From: Octopus sinensis
Taxonomy: Eukaryota
Assembly (NCBI RefSeq): GCF_006345805.1
Contig: NC_043009.1
Coordinates: 6,510,001-6,574,000 of the forward strand
DNA: 64,000 bases
Direction of reading: 5' to 3'
Below the pieces are notes generated by a model. That model made no database searches and had not been told where the DNA came from. It saw only the letters and a list, made by a program, of their open reading frames with translations. Shown in pieces: positions 35,720-48,530 of this stretch (the stretch's first letter is position 1; the number at the start of each line of letters is the position of its first letter). The position numbers were made by a program, and so were the translations under genes.

Positions 35720-36213
35720 CAATAGCGTAGCGTGTAGATTACTCTGTTAAAATGTTAAATCCAATGCTTATTTATTTAGTTCAACATTTAAATTTAATTT
35801 GCCAAAATATTTCAGTCCATTGAGACCTCGACCTGTTCACTGACAAAATTCCGATGCAGCACGAAATTTTGTCAGTGAATAGGTCGCGGTCTCAAATCGA
35901 CGAAGATATCTTGGCAAATTAAATTTAAATGTTGAAGTGAATCTAACGGTTTTCGTATGTTTTTAAATGGCTTATAAACACCTTCCACGATACAATTGTT
36001 TTTGTTGCAGCACACGATCTCAGACCAAATACATCTCCGTAGTATTTAATTAATTTTAAAAAATTAAACAAGCATTATCTCGTAGCTTTGAGCTTTCAAT
36101 ATTTATATTGACAATGACGTTGTATGATAGGTGTAAAAGCCTGATTTGGCCGGTTTGAAGATAAAATAGGCAGGATATTTGGGTCTGACTGTTTGGTTTA
36201 AATGCTAAAGAGT
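35720..36213. mobile_element. Possible TTAA-type MITE interrupted by the hammerhead fold-back
   Basis: Right end ..TTTAAATGCTAAAGAGTTA resembles a TTAACCCTTTAGCA-type terminus; the left end is degenerate. Confidence 0.3.
35780..36041. mobile_element. Head-to-head pair of the hammerhead-bearing ~200 bp repeat forming a hairpin
   Basis: 35780-35850 is the reverse complement of 35865-35938; the right arm continues as the reverse complement of 22164-22367. Confidence 0.8.
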
Positions 36214-36817
36214 TATACCTATTTATGGTGCTAATTTGTCGGGCCGATATAATAGATATCTATAAGTTTATGCATAGTAGCTTGAATATATAAAAGCATT
36301 TTCCAGTTGATAACAGAACTACGAACTGTAAACGTCGTTACGGTAATTACAGACAAAATCTGATTACATTAAACGCATTGGTTAATGCTAATTATTACGA
36401 TAACATTCATAAACAAGAAAATTTCTATTCATTTTCTCCATCAAACTTCTTGGTTAATCTTGAATACGTTTCTTAACAATGGACATTTTCATTAACGTTG
36501 AATATCTTGGCGAAATATAAATTTGTTAAACAGTAAGACGTGCAAGCCAATTATTTAAGCTTTAACTAATTCTTGTTCCCTGACTGAAAACACTTGATGT
36601 ATGTTTCAAAACATGAAAAGCAAAAATGTTAATAATAATAATCCATTCTAATATACGCTCAAAGCCTGAAATTGGACTGGAACATATTTTCATCACATTT
36701 AGAAAGAACAAAATGTAAAGTCAACCTCTGCAGGATTCGATCCTATAACTTAAAGATAGACGAAGTGCAAGAAAGCTGCGTTCGTGCTAACGATTTGACC
36801 AGCTGACCACTTTGGTG

Positions 36818-36853
<36 letters not shown>

Positions 36854-36869
36854 GTAAGAATGATTATAA

Positions 36870-37080
36870 TTTTTTGGCACAAGACCAGCAATTTCTGTTG
36901 AGGTGAGTAAGTGGATTATACCGATTCCTGTGCTCAACTGGTACTGATTTTATGGACTTGCAAAGGATGAAGGGCAAAGTCGACCTCGGTGGAATTTGAA
37001 TTCAATAACGTAAATACGGACGAAATGCCACTAAGCTTCGTGTCCGGCATGCTAACGATTCAGCCAGCTCACCGCCTTGA
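36870..37080 (-). mobile_element. SINE family B (a more decayed copy lies at ~36700-36810)
   Basis: GGATGAAGGGCAAAGTCGACCTCGGTGGAATTTGAA..GCTAACGATTCAGCCAGCTCACCGCC on the plus strand. Confidence 0.8.
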
Positions 37081-37809
37081 TAATAATAATAATAATGATA
37101 ACAGTAATGATGCTTTGATATTTTCTTACACATGTACAAATACATGATCTAAATGCATCAACCACAGGAGTTAATTTATTTCTAACTGCAAATATATAAC
37201 AAAACAATTCTGCCAATGTTAGTATACACGGGAGACAATTGCGTATCTATTCATGGACAAGAATATAACTCTCAGAAGCCTAATTGCTCACGTACAAAAC
37301 CTCTTCTCTCTTTCTTTCTTTCCTTCTCTCTCTCTCTCTCTCTATTTCTCTATCTTTCTCTCTCAAACACAGATGTATATACACATACATGCCTCGGACA
37401 CAGATGTATATATTACACCACACACACATCCAAGCATATAAACGCACCGCATATGTATTCGAAAGTAGAGAAAAACATACAAACGCTCCCGCACACATAT
37501 AATATACTAAATTACCGTGAACGTGACTAAATATACGACACAATGAAGGAGAAGCGTTAGTGAAAACTAAAGGTAAGATGCAGAAATAAGAAACTTATTT
37601 AAGCACACTAGAAATTCGCTTGCCGATTTGAGTGAAACTATTTCTAATTTTTCGATGACATCAATAAATATTATGTTGCCACGTAAATCTAATTACCATT
37701 CCATTAATGTTATCAAACTGAAACCGTGTACGTACAACACACGTGTTTCCCGTTCGAACCCCCACCCGAGAGGCCAACGTTTCTTGACTCCACTTTGTGG
37801 AAACCTTAC

Positions 37810-37936
37810 AGATTCTGATGAAAATTGTTGTAGGATTTCCGAGGCAGTGTTCGGATTGCGAGTAACAATGAATGCGGAGAAAATTGCAGGCGACAATAGA
37901 ATAATGCATTTAAGTGGAGTGTGTATGGAATGGCAT
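37810..37936 (-). other. Candidate 127-nt spliceosomal exon of an unidentified host transcript
   Basis: Minus strand: pyrimidine tract TTACTTTTCCTTTCGTATCATGCTCCCTCCTTACCAG| ... AGAATCT|GTAAGG. Two frames are open; no recognisable protein motif. Confidence 0.3.
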
Positions 37937-38192
37937 CTGGTAAGGAGGGAGCATGATACGAAAGGAAAAGTAATGGATATAAAACTTACACACGCAGGCA
38001 TGTACATCCAACACTTAACTTCACGTTCGTGTAAGACTGTGTGTAAGTAATTACCCATTTAGCATGGAGTTTCTTTCTCTGTCTTCGCTTTATTTCTAAT
38101 CATAAACACACACACGTATATATGCATATATATATATATATATATAATATATATATATATATATTATATATATATATATAATATATATATAC

Positions 38193-38269
<77 letters not shown>

Positions 38270-38639
38270 GTATAGTTATATATATGTATGTATGTATCAT
38301 GTATGTATGTATGTACAGGCAGATAAACGCTGCCAGAGCAGAGGAAATAATATCAATTTTCTTGTGACATGCGTACGTATGGCCAATGCAATTAATATTT
38401 ACATCAGCATATTTTAACAGCGTATCCCATCATGCTTAGCAAAACCACGCACACAGATAGATATAAACGCAAAGAGAAATGTCGTGTCCTCTTGTTTCAA
38501 GCATGAACTACCAACATTCACACATATTTGAAATAAAAATATGTAATAGTGGTAATTATACATTATCAAACGTATATGTATAAATATGTATATATATATA
38601 TATAATATATATATATATGTGTGTGTGTGTATGTGTATG

Positions 38640-38675
<36 letters not shown>

Positions 38676-38718
38676 TATGTATGTATATGTATATATACAT
38701 ATATATATGTATATATAT

Positions 38719-38759
<41 letters not shown>

Positions 38760-38876
38760 TGTATATATATATATATACATATATACACACATATATATAA
38801 TAGGTATTCAAATAAATGACAGTTTACAAATACATGTCTACATGTGTGTGTGTCACCCTCTCACCCTCTCTCTCTC

Positions 38877-38910
<34 letters not shown>

Positions 38911-38921
38911 ATATATATGTA

Positions 38922-38981
<60 letters not shown>

Positions 38982-39379
38982 AGAGAGAGAAAGGGAAAGA
39001 GAAACAGAAAGAGAGATAGACAGACATACAGAGACAGAGTCAGAGAGAGAGAGACACGTACATATAATTCTGTGTCTACATGTCATAGAGAGTATATATT
39101 ATTGTGCTTTTATGCTTGAAATAATATAGTTAAGGTGATATGTTATATGTACTTGGAGTACCTCATGTATGAACACATGTGTTCTAATAATATTTTCAGA
39201 TTTGATTGCTGAAAATTTTTTATCTACGATACAAGCCTTCTTTTAAGGTGATACCCTTTTACTATTTCAGTCTCAGCTCGAGACCATTTATTTCATACCT
39301 TCTGTGAATGACTTTTTTGCATGATACTATGAAAACCACTACGTCAGAAATTCTTTCATCTAAAGCATGAAGTTTGATT

Positions 39380-39755
39380 GTCAACGACATGGTTCCAGGT
39401 TCCGTGCCACTTCGTAACACCTTCAACTTGAACAACAAAATCTCGGGCCAACCAAATGCCTTGTGAATGGACATTCTAGACGGAAACTGAAAGAAGCCAG
39501 GTATATATATATACATATGTACATGTCAATGTGTGTTTGTCTATGGTTCTGTTTTTGTCCCCCACCTCCGCTTGACAACCGGAGCTAGTGTGTTTAGATC
39601 CCTATATCTTCGTGATTTGGCAAAAGGAAACCCGATAAAATAAGTGCCAGGCTCTAAAAAATAAGTCCTGGGTTAGATTTCATCGACTTAAATCCTTCAA
39701 GGCGGTGCCCCTACATGGCGGAAGTTAAGTGATCAACACGAGTAAAAGATAAAGG
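39380..39755 (+). mobile_element. Diverged SINE family A
   Basis: CATGGTTCCAGGTTC..TAGACGGAAACTGAAAGAAGCC..GGCGGTGCCCC..GAGTAAAAGATAAAG. Confidence 0.8.
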
Positions 39756-39897
39756 CTGGCTAAATTCACGGACATTGAAATTCCTGGGGAGAGAAACCCG
39801 CAAATATCTTCCACTTGCAGTTTAATGACTTAGGGAAAATATAAAGATCCATGAGATATAAAGCAAATGAAAGGTAAACTAATATTTTATAACATGA

Positions 39898-40070
39898 CAG
39901 GGCGATGAGCTGGCAAAATCGTTAGCACATCGAGAAAAATGCTTTAAGGCATTTCGTCCGTGTTCACGTTGAGGTCGACTTCGCCTTTCACACCATCGGT
40001 GTCGATACAATAAGTACCAGATGACTACCGGGGTCGATGTCATAGACTTAACTCATTCGCCAAAATTAAG
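39898..40070 (+). mobile_element. SINE family B
   Basis: GGCGATGAGCTGGCAAAATCGTTAGCAC..GAGGTCGACTTCGCCTTTC. Confidence 0.75.
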
Positions 40071-40419
40071 AATTGAACATGATGAAAAAAACTGAATAGT
40101 TTTCTCTCATATTTGGATATATATCTTAAGAAATAAACTAAAGAAATTTGGTGAAAATGATAGTTTTCGTGAAACTTTCATAGTTTTCGATTTAACGTGT
40201 TCTCAGATATGTACAATAAGCTGCGGCAAATTTATATAGCAATCGCAGCAAACTATTTACACAATAGTGCGTTTGGAGTAGGGTATTCTGTACAAAATCT
40301 TCACTTGAAAATAAACATTTGAGCTGAAATATTTAATCTGTTATAAATGACGCTATATTTTATTTGATGCTTTTTCAACCATTTCATTCAAATCGATCCC
40401 AACATTTAGTATTTTCTAA

Positions 40420-40732
40420 GTGTGCTACTTATTCATCAGCCCCTTTTTGCCGAAGTGCTAAATTATGGTGCGGTTAAGAAACCAGCACCGATGGTAAAGG
40501 GCAAACACATCGGAAAATATACACACAAATATAAATACATACATAGATATATAAATATATATATGTATACGACAAGGATCTTTCTATTTCCGTCTACCAA
40601 ATCCACTCACAAGGCTTTGGTCGGCCCGAGACTATAGTAGAAGACACTTACCCAAGGTGCCACGCAGTGGGAATGAACCTGGAATCATGTGGTTGGTAAT
40701 CAAGCTACTTGCTACACACCCACTCCTGCGCC
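40420..40732 (-). mobile_element. SINE family A, uninterrupted head (empty site)
   Basis: Minus strand GGCGCAGGAGTGGGTGTGTAGCAAGTAGCTTGATTACCAACCACATG, with a single copy of the 13-mer. Confidence 0.85.
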
Positions 40733-41079
40733 CATAATACACACACACACACACACATGTGTATATATATATATATACGTGTTCACACGCGCATATTATG
40801 GGTGGGTGTGTCTATATACGTGTATGACAGCGTTCCACACAGTTTCTCTCAAGCTAATTCCCTCACCAAGCATTGGATGTTGTTCCGGGGCTGTGGAGGA
40901 AGATACTTGCTTAAAATGCTGCACAAAGGGACGACTGATCCAGAAATCATACGGTTACAATGCGGCGCTCCGAACCACACAGTCATGTCTTAGCCTCTAT
41001 ATTTACGTGTTTGTGTTTGTAAGAAACAATAGTTCTGACTCTTGATACTTTTGGCTAATGTTGTAGCCATTACAAGATA

Positions 41080-41665
41080 TAACATCCACGGCGTACTGTC
41101 GACATTCCAAAAGATTTGTAATACAAATGTAATAGAGACACTACTTCAAAGTAGTGGACGGTGGTGTGAGCACCTTACTGTTGAAAATCTTAGTATTAGC
41201 ATAAATTAGTTAAGTAATTTGCATTAAAGAATTGGAAACAACTATTTAAAAACTAGTATCTGTGACACTGTTGAGCATTGAACCTCACAGAGTAGTGTTG
41301 ATATTCCGGAAAATTCATATTTTATATATATATGTAGACTGTATTAAAATAGTGATGTCAGGATTCTACTTTTGAAATATGTGCTGTACATGTAAAGAAA
41401 TCAAATAATTTGCAATAGTAAAACAGAACGAATTATTCAGGAACTAGTGTCTGCTACAGTCTTGGGCATTAAACCCCACGGCGTAGTGTTAACTTCACGG
41501 AAAATTTATATTTTATGTATATAATATAGACGCTGTATCAAAATAGTAATGTGAAAATGCTTCTTTTGAAATTTCTGCTATACAGGTAAAGAAAGTAAAT
41601 AATTTGCAATAGAAAAATAGAAATGGTTATTCAAAAATTAGTGTCTCCTACACTCTTGAGCATTC
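41080..41665. repeat. Degenerate tandem repeat, ~3 units of ~191-197 bp
   Basis: TAATTTGCA at 41215/41406/41600; CAC(G/A)G(C/A)GTA(C/G)TGT at ~41086/41283/41476; CTAGT(A/G)TCT..ACA.T.TTG(A/G)GCATT in each unit. Confidence 0.75.
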
Positions 41666-42649
41666 TTCCATCGACTTGTGTTTAAACACTCAGTATTATA
41701 AGCAAATACATCGTTTCATAAGTAAAAGCCTCAGGCTCAAATAAATAAACAAAATGAAGTATTGTAAACAACGCAAATGAGATTAACTGAATGCGAGAGG
41801 AACTGCTGCTTTGAACAGATGACAAATCATTACTTTACTTTCTTCAATACTCAACTGTCTTTTCAAATAATATTTTGTTAATTCAAATGAATAAATCAGA
41901 GAAAGAGTTATAACAATTCAAAGATATTTTGATCTTTAAAACCTGAAGAAAATAAAAGCAAATATCAACAAGTGTCCAGAGGTATTTCTAGTTTAAATAT
42001 GTTTGAATAGTTAAATATTTTCTTTTAGATTTTCGCTTGCATTCTTTCGGGGTTTTTTTTTTCTTATCATAGAAATTATTCTTTTGATGTTCTTTGTTCA
42101 TAGCATTCTTTTGAAATGCATTATATTTTCTGTTTTGTATTATTTGACTTCCAGCAATCTTCTTTTTTTCTTTTTTCTTTTCTTTTTTTGCAGAAACCAA
42201 AGAACAAAACAAAAAACACAAAGCCATTGCTTAGAATCGAAACAATTAGTGAAAGAAAATATAAGTATAGTCAACACAAAACATAGTCTTGTACTATTCT
42301 TATAGTGAATTATTCAGTGGCATCAAGCGATTAAAACAAAAATAGAATCGTCACCAAAGTTATCTTATATCGATTTTGATACCAACGTTCCAATTTAAAA
42401 CAGAACAGCATTTGTAGTTAAGATATTTGCATTCCGGTACTTGAAATATTCCGGTACACAAATGGTTTGATTCTATTGAGTTGGAATAAAAATTACTATT
42501 AGGCAGACTACCAACTAGGTTAATTTTCTGACTAATATTTGAATTGAAAATGATAAAACTTGTCATTATTAAATATTCGATCTTCCCTTGTATACATAGA
42601 CACACGCACGCACATACATTTACATATATGTGTGTGTTTTTTGTTAGTT

Positions 42650-42880
42650 TCAGGCATTAGACTGCGGCCATGCTAGGACACCGCTTTGAAGAATTGTAGT
42701 CGAATAAATTTTCCCCTGTACTGGTTTCTATTTTTAAAAGTCTGATAGCTATTCTATCAATCACTATTGCCGAGCCGCTATGTTACGTGGACGTAAACAC
42801 ACCAACACCAGTTATCAAGCGGTAGGAGGAGACAAACACACACACACACATATACACATACACACATGGGTACACACACA
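42650..42880 (-). mobile_element. SINE family A 3' half
   Basis: GACTGCGGCCATGCTAGGACACCGC.. and GACGTAAACACACCAACACC..GACAAACAC on the plus strand. Confidence 0.7.
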
Positions 42881-43338
42881 CGCACACACACTCTCTCTCA
42901 CTATTATTTCTAACTTACAAGGGAAAATTCAATTTAGAAATACTAAATCAAATTTCACAAAATATAATATATATATATATAAAATTTAGGAAAAAAAACA
43001 CCTTTTATCAATTCAAAATGAACAATTGAATTACACCATCTAGAAAATTACATATAATAGAAATATTAAAATTAAGATAACAATAATATACCGATGAAAA
43101 GAATGAAAATATATATATAATACATAATATATATGTATGTATGTATGTATTACGTATGTATGTATGCATGCATGTATGTATGTATGTATATATGCATGTG
43201 TGTATGTATGTATGTATGTATGTATGTATGTATGTATGTATGTATGTATTATGTATGTATGTATGTAAGTATGTATGTGTGTATGTATGTATGTACGTAT
43301 GTATGTATGTATGTATGTATGTATGTATGTATATGTAT

Positions 43339-43372
<34 letters not shown>

Positions 43373-43444
43373 TGTATGTATGTATGTAGCTAGGTAGCTA
43401 GATAGGTATGCAGGCAGGTAGGTAGGTAGGTAGGTAGGCGGTAG

Positions 43445-43790
43445 GCCACGGATCAGGAATGCCACATGCTGACATCTTCCCCAGCGGCAGTTTGGTGTGT
43501 TCAGCTACCAGCTTAGGTCCCGCTGCTTTTCAGGCTGAGAAAAATAATCTGTTAAGGTATCGGTCGCTATCTGATTGGTTTATGATCGAGCTTGTGACAC
43601 AGGAGACCTCCAGCGTTCTCGGTCTCCGGACCATATTCCTGCTCACCGCTATTGGGGTGGAGATGATTATCCGCAAGTGCGAGACCCGAGAGTCAGTGTG
43701 GCTGTCCCAGCGCATCTTCCTTCGCCGTCCTCCGGGCTGAAGCCTTTTTTCGTTTTGTCTGCTGAGACCATGAATTGGTCTGAAGTATAG
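43445..43790 (+). mobile_element. Possible divergent Tx1 ORF2 C-terminal fragment following a (TAGG)n array
   Basis: LSDWFMIELVT..GLRTIFLL and RK..RESVWLSQRIFLRR resemble LSAESIVNIVT..GRAIFII and RK..ERQVLSSECFKKR of the LINE ORF2; GC-rich island. Confidence 0.35.
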
Positions 43791-44309
43791 GAAATCGAGA
43801 GAATGTAAGAATTTTCGCAGCTTAATTCTCTTGAAACATTCAGAGCAATTTAAAAGGCCAAAAATTTACACCTTATGAAAGGAAGACTACATACACAGAC
43901 ACATATTTAGGTTTTGATATCATGGTAGGTAGGTATATGTTTGCCTATGTATAATTCGGGCCTCCATGTGTGTGAGTTTATTTTCTCTGTTTCTGAATCA
44001 GGAGTCGGCAGCAAGCCTTTCTCTGTCAGATTGTCAGATTGACAACAGTTTTTAAGTATTTAAGAATCATCTGAATAATAGATTTATTTCCAAGTACATT
44101 CTGTTTTTACTTAAAATTCAGCATTATGGAAATGCAACCAGATGTTCTTGTATACTTTCATATAAAAATATACACAAACAACTTGGTTAATTTTCCCTTC
44201 TTGACGCGGTAACATTATAAGAAGGATTTCAAAATATAAAAATTACAATTAAACTACCTAAGTTCTTTTTTTTATTATTGCAGTACAAGAAGGCTTCGTG
44301 CTAATAGAA

Positions 44310-44450
44310 TCGTAAACATGGCAGACGAAATGCTTAGCGGCATTTCGTCCGTTCATTTTCCGCCTCTGACTTTCATTCATCGGGGTCGATAAAATATGTA
44401 GCAATTCAGCTGGCCCAGTGCAAAATTTGAAACCATTGTTACACAATAGG
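44310..44450 (+). mobile_element. Internally deleted SINE B
   Basis: GAAATGCTTAGCGGCATTTCGTCCG..GGGGTCGATAAAAT..GTGCAAAATTTGAAACC. Confidence 0.65.
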
Positions 44451-44648
44451 CATTCGAATAACACATTAACTATCACATGCTCCATCTTGTGGGAGTGAAT
44501 ATTCTTTTTCTCATAAAATTATTGGGGGAATAAAATCTTCAATAAAATTCTGTCTGAAGTTTCTGCACTTAATTTATTTGAGGTCACTTCTATACAAACG
44601 CTGTCGCCGCCTCTGCTGTTGCTGCTGCGGCTTCTGCTGCTGCTGCTT

Positions 44649-44704
<56 letters not shown>

Positions 44705-45415
44705 GCTATTAACTACTACCATTCAGTAACGAAAATTGAACTCACTGACATATCACACCTATCCTGGTATTTTGACCATTTGGCCCTTGTTGCTTATGGC
44801 TCGTTTGCATTACATATTTTTTGGCTGAGCAACAACATGCCTTAACAAACACGACAAGTATGTGGCTGCCTTTGATATTTGAAGAGGAGTATTGTGCGAT
44901 GTAGCATTTACAGCTTGACTTTAGTCAGTTCACAAACAGCAGCATACGTAGCAAACATTCTGCTCTTTAAGAACAGATTAAACGCATGAAGAGCGTTGCA
45001 TTTTGCTTGAAGACTGTACTAAAGAAATAACTAGCGCGGTATAATGTGTTCCTACAGAACATCCACGTTTAAGTGGGGATAAGGATTAACTATCTGTGTT
45101 AATGCCTCTGTTGCTAATGACTATTTTTTAACAAGCTCGATGGCTTTTCGCAACACCAGCGACTGCTCTGGTACTGTTATTCTATATATCCCTGGCGGGG
45201 ACGTGAATCGCTGCTGTCTCTAGCTGTCAAGCAACCGTCAATGACAAGACCAAGGAAGGTCGAAATCCAGTGACCTGGTGGAGATTTGTCTCCCCGCTAG
45301 CAATATAGTCAAGTACCGATTTGGCACCATAAGCTAATATGAGAGTTTCTCACATAACTGCTGCAGTATAGTTTGTTCCAACTGAACATCTACGTTTAGG
45401 CGGGGGATAAATATT

Positions 45416-45601
45416 GGTTTCAAATTTTGGTACAATGCCAGCAATTTCGGGGGAGGTAGTAGGTTTATTACATTGGCTCCAGCACTGAACTGGAAAGGCG
45501 AAATCGACCTCGACGTAAATTGGACGCACTACATAAAGACATACGAAATACTACCAAGTATTTCGTCCAGCGCGCTAGCGATTCTGCCAGTTCATCGCCT
45601 T
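45416..45601 (-). mobile_element. SINE B with 13-bp target duplication GGGGATAAATATT
   Basis: Direct repeat at 45403-45415 and 45602-45614. Confidence 0.8.
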
Positions 45602-46242
45602 GGGGATAAATATTACCTCTAAGAAGTAGAATAATGAATGAAATGAAAAATAAGGAAAGATTCTATCAATGCAAAATACATTTCTATTTCGAATGCAAAA
45701 CTCTACCTTCAGAAGGATACAGTAAAATGATGTATGTTTACATGTAGTTTACATGTGCCTTGCCATTTTGGATAAGCAAATGCGCAGCGACCCATTTTAA
45801 ACCGGTTTTTGTGTTGGTACCAGCAGCTTCCCAAATGTTGTTGCTGGTGCCGTAGACGTCATATTGGGGACGATGCTGTCGGGGACGGAGGTGAATGACA
45901 AGTTGTAGGTTGGCAGCAGTTGTGGTAAAGGTAAATTGGTGAATCGTGTAGGTGGTGAATGTTATGGTTGTAGCAGTATTAGTGAGAGATGGCGTTGGTG
46001 ATGTTTGTTCTTGTGGTAGAGGTTCGCAAGGTGGTTAGTGGCTTCCAACAGCAAACATTCCTCATCACGGCAGGCAATAGCGGTGGTGGTGATGAATAAG
46101 CTGTTGGTAGATAACGGCGCTAATCTTCTTCGTAGCGATGAAAATGTTAATCGTAGCCGCAACGACTGAGGGAGCTTTTGGTTTTATATTTATAGGAGAC
46201 TCTTGCCAAATCCCATAAGCTAATGATTTTCATATTAAGTAG

Positions 46243-46280
<38 letters not shown>

Positions 46281-46645
46281 TGTTGTGTGTGTGTGCGTGT
46301 CTTATGATAGTAGAATAGTATTTAACTGCTATTTCTAAATTTCGGTATGTGGTGAAGCAATTTTGCTAAGCCCTAATTATAATTTTGTTTATAATTATAA
46401 TAATTTTTGTGTAAGTTTACCAATAATGGTTCTTTTAACATACCAGACTAGTTGGTAAGATTATTAATTATAAATTGATTAATTAATTTTACCCTTAATC
46501 ATAAATATAAATGTTTTTCATTTCCAAATTTATTCCTGTCGAATTTTATCCCCAATTTTTGTGTTATAGAACCTAGCTGTTCTTTCTAGCGTGTAGAATC
46601 CCTATAAGTGGATTCCTTATGTGTTTAAATATACACTATAGCGTA

Positions 46646-46694
<49 letters not shown>

Positions 46695-46723
46695 TGTAAT
46701 ACAGATTATATATTATTATATCA

Positions 46724-47170
46724 GTGCTGAGGTCTCCTTTTGGAGACAACGGGTAACCATATACTCCCGCGCCTCTCAGTCACAGTTAAGTTGTCGACGA
46801 CTAGACTGCTCTCCTCTTGGCCCAGCTTGCTTGGAGGAAGGTGAGAGTATGCATCAGAACTAAAAACAAAATCTGTTCAAACAAGGGCACAGTAACCATA
46901 TCCTTGTCCCTCACCGCACCAGACTGAGTCCAAATTCAACGATTGATCTTAGGCGAAGAAGTCGATGTCAGACAGACGAGCTAAAAAGGCTCAATTCTAA
47001 TGATATTGTAGCTAGCTGCACTCCGTTGCAACCCATCGTCCGGTCCTCGCATGTTACTCTAGGTAGTGCCGCAGCAGGAGTTTGGGTGATAGTGAATGGA
47101 TACCTCCTTCACAAGGATCAATGATATTTGTACTCTAGTATGAACATGGAAGCGGATTGTGTCACCAGGT
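46724..47170 (+). mobile_element. Probable RTE-like LINE 5' UTR remnant with a degenerate HDV-like ribozyme fold
   Basis: GC-richer island starting right after an AT microsatellite; AGACT-GCT-CTCCTCTT-GGC-CCAGCT-TG-CTT..AAG-GTGAG-AGTAT arrangement. Confidence 0.35.
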
Positions 47171-47427
47171 TTTTTATATAATTCTTTTAACCAAAAAGAA
47201 TACTAATTATGGCTAATCAAATAAGTAAAGTAATAAAAAATAAATACCAATTACATATGACTGATTAAAAATTTAACAATTAATTTACTATTTGAATACG
47301 TAACAATGCTGGATTCACAATTAACTGAAATAAGCCCGTGTTAAGAGCATCAATCACCACAGAAATGGGGAATGGTTTGCAGCAGAAAAAATTCACTTGA
47401 AACTAAATAAAATAGTATTTTAGGATT

Positions 47428-47583
47428 CTGTATGGTAAGTAGCTTGCTTAGCAATCACATGCTTCCGGGTTCAGTCCCACTGCGTGACCCCTTGCGCTAG
47501 TGTCTTCTACTATAGCTTCCGGCCGACCAAAGCCTTGTGAGTAGATTTGGTAGGCGGAAACTGAAAGGAGCCAGTCGTATATT

Positions 47584-47636
<53 letters not shown>

Positions 47637-47857
47637 GTGTATGTGTGGGTATAAGTTTTTGTGTCTGTGTTTGTCCCCCAACATCGCCTGACAACCGATG
47701 CTGGTATGTTTACGTACCCGTAATTTAGCGGTTCGGCAAGAGATTGATACCATAAGTACTAGGCTTACTAAGAATAATTCATGGGTTCGCTTTCTTCGAC
47801 TAAATGTGGTGCTCCAGCATGGCCGCAGTCAAATGACTGAAACAAGTAAAAGAGCAA
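47428..47857 (+). mobile_element. SINE family A (slightly 5'-truncated, empty site)
   Basis: TGTATGGTAAGTAGCTTGCTTAGCAATCACATG..GGTGCTCCAGCATGGCCGCAGTCAAATGACTGAAACAAGTAAAAGAG. Confidence 0.88.
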
Positions 47858-48344
47858 AAGAGTAAGCAGATGTGTTACATAAGATTAATTTTGAGGATCT
47901 GAGCCAAAGACTTTACAATTATAAAAATTATGGGAAAAATTTTCAGATACAAACAAAGTAGAAGGATGCAAAAATAAACATTATTTCTATGTTACTGTTA
48001 GTTTTATTTCTCATTTTGAAAAATTCATTTTATGATTTAATATTGTTTATATTTTGAATTATATTTATATGGAGGCATCAAAATCCTTTAAGTGCCTAAG
48101 GCCTCAATTGCAACTTAAATCATTCAACAAAAACTTAATTGAAGATAATAGAAAAATACTAAGGAGAATCAGGGGTCGATCTATAAAGCTTTAATTTTCC
48201 CACGTTCGTAGTATAATTTATCAAGTATAAAACGTATCAGGAACTGAGAAAGTTTAACAAAGACAATAGTAACTCCAAACGGGCCGTATTCGTACGGAAT
48301 CTTCTTTAAAACTGTTTTCTCCTCTGTTCCGCTGTTTCTTTTAA

Positions 48345-48530
<186 letters not shown>

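Noticed and set aside
45780-46170. GT-skewed island with Thr-rich minus-strand frames
   Set aside because: Low complexity, stops in all frames, no recognisable domain.
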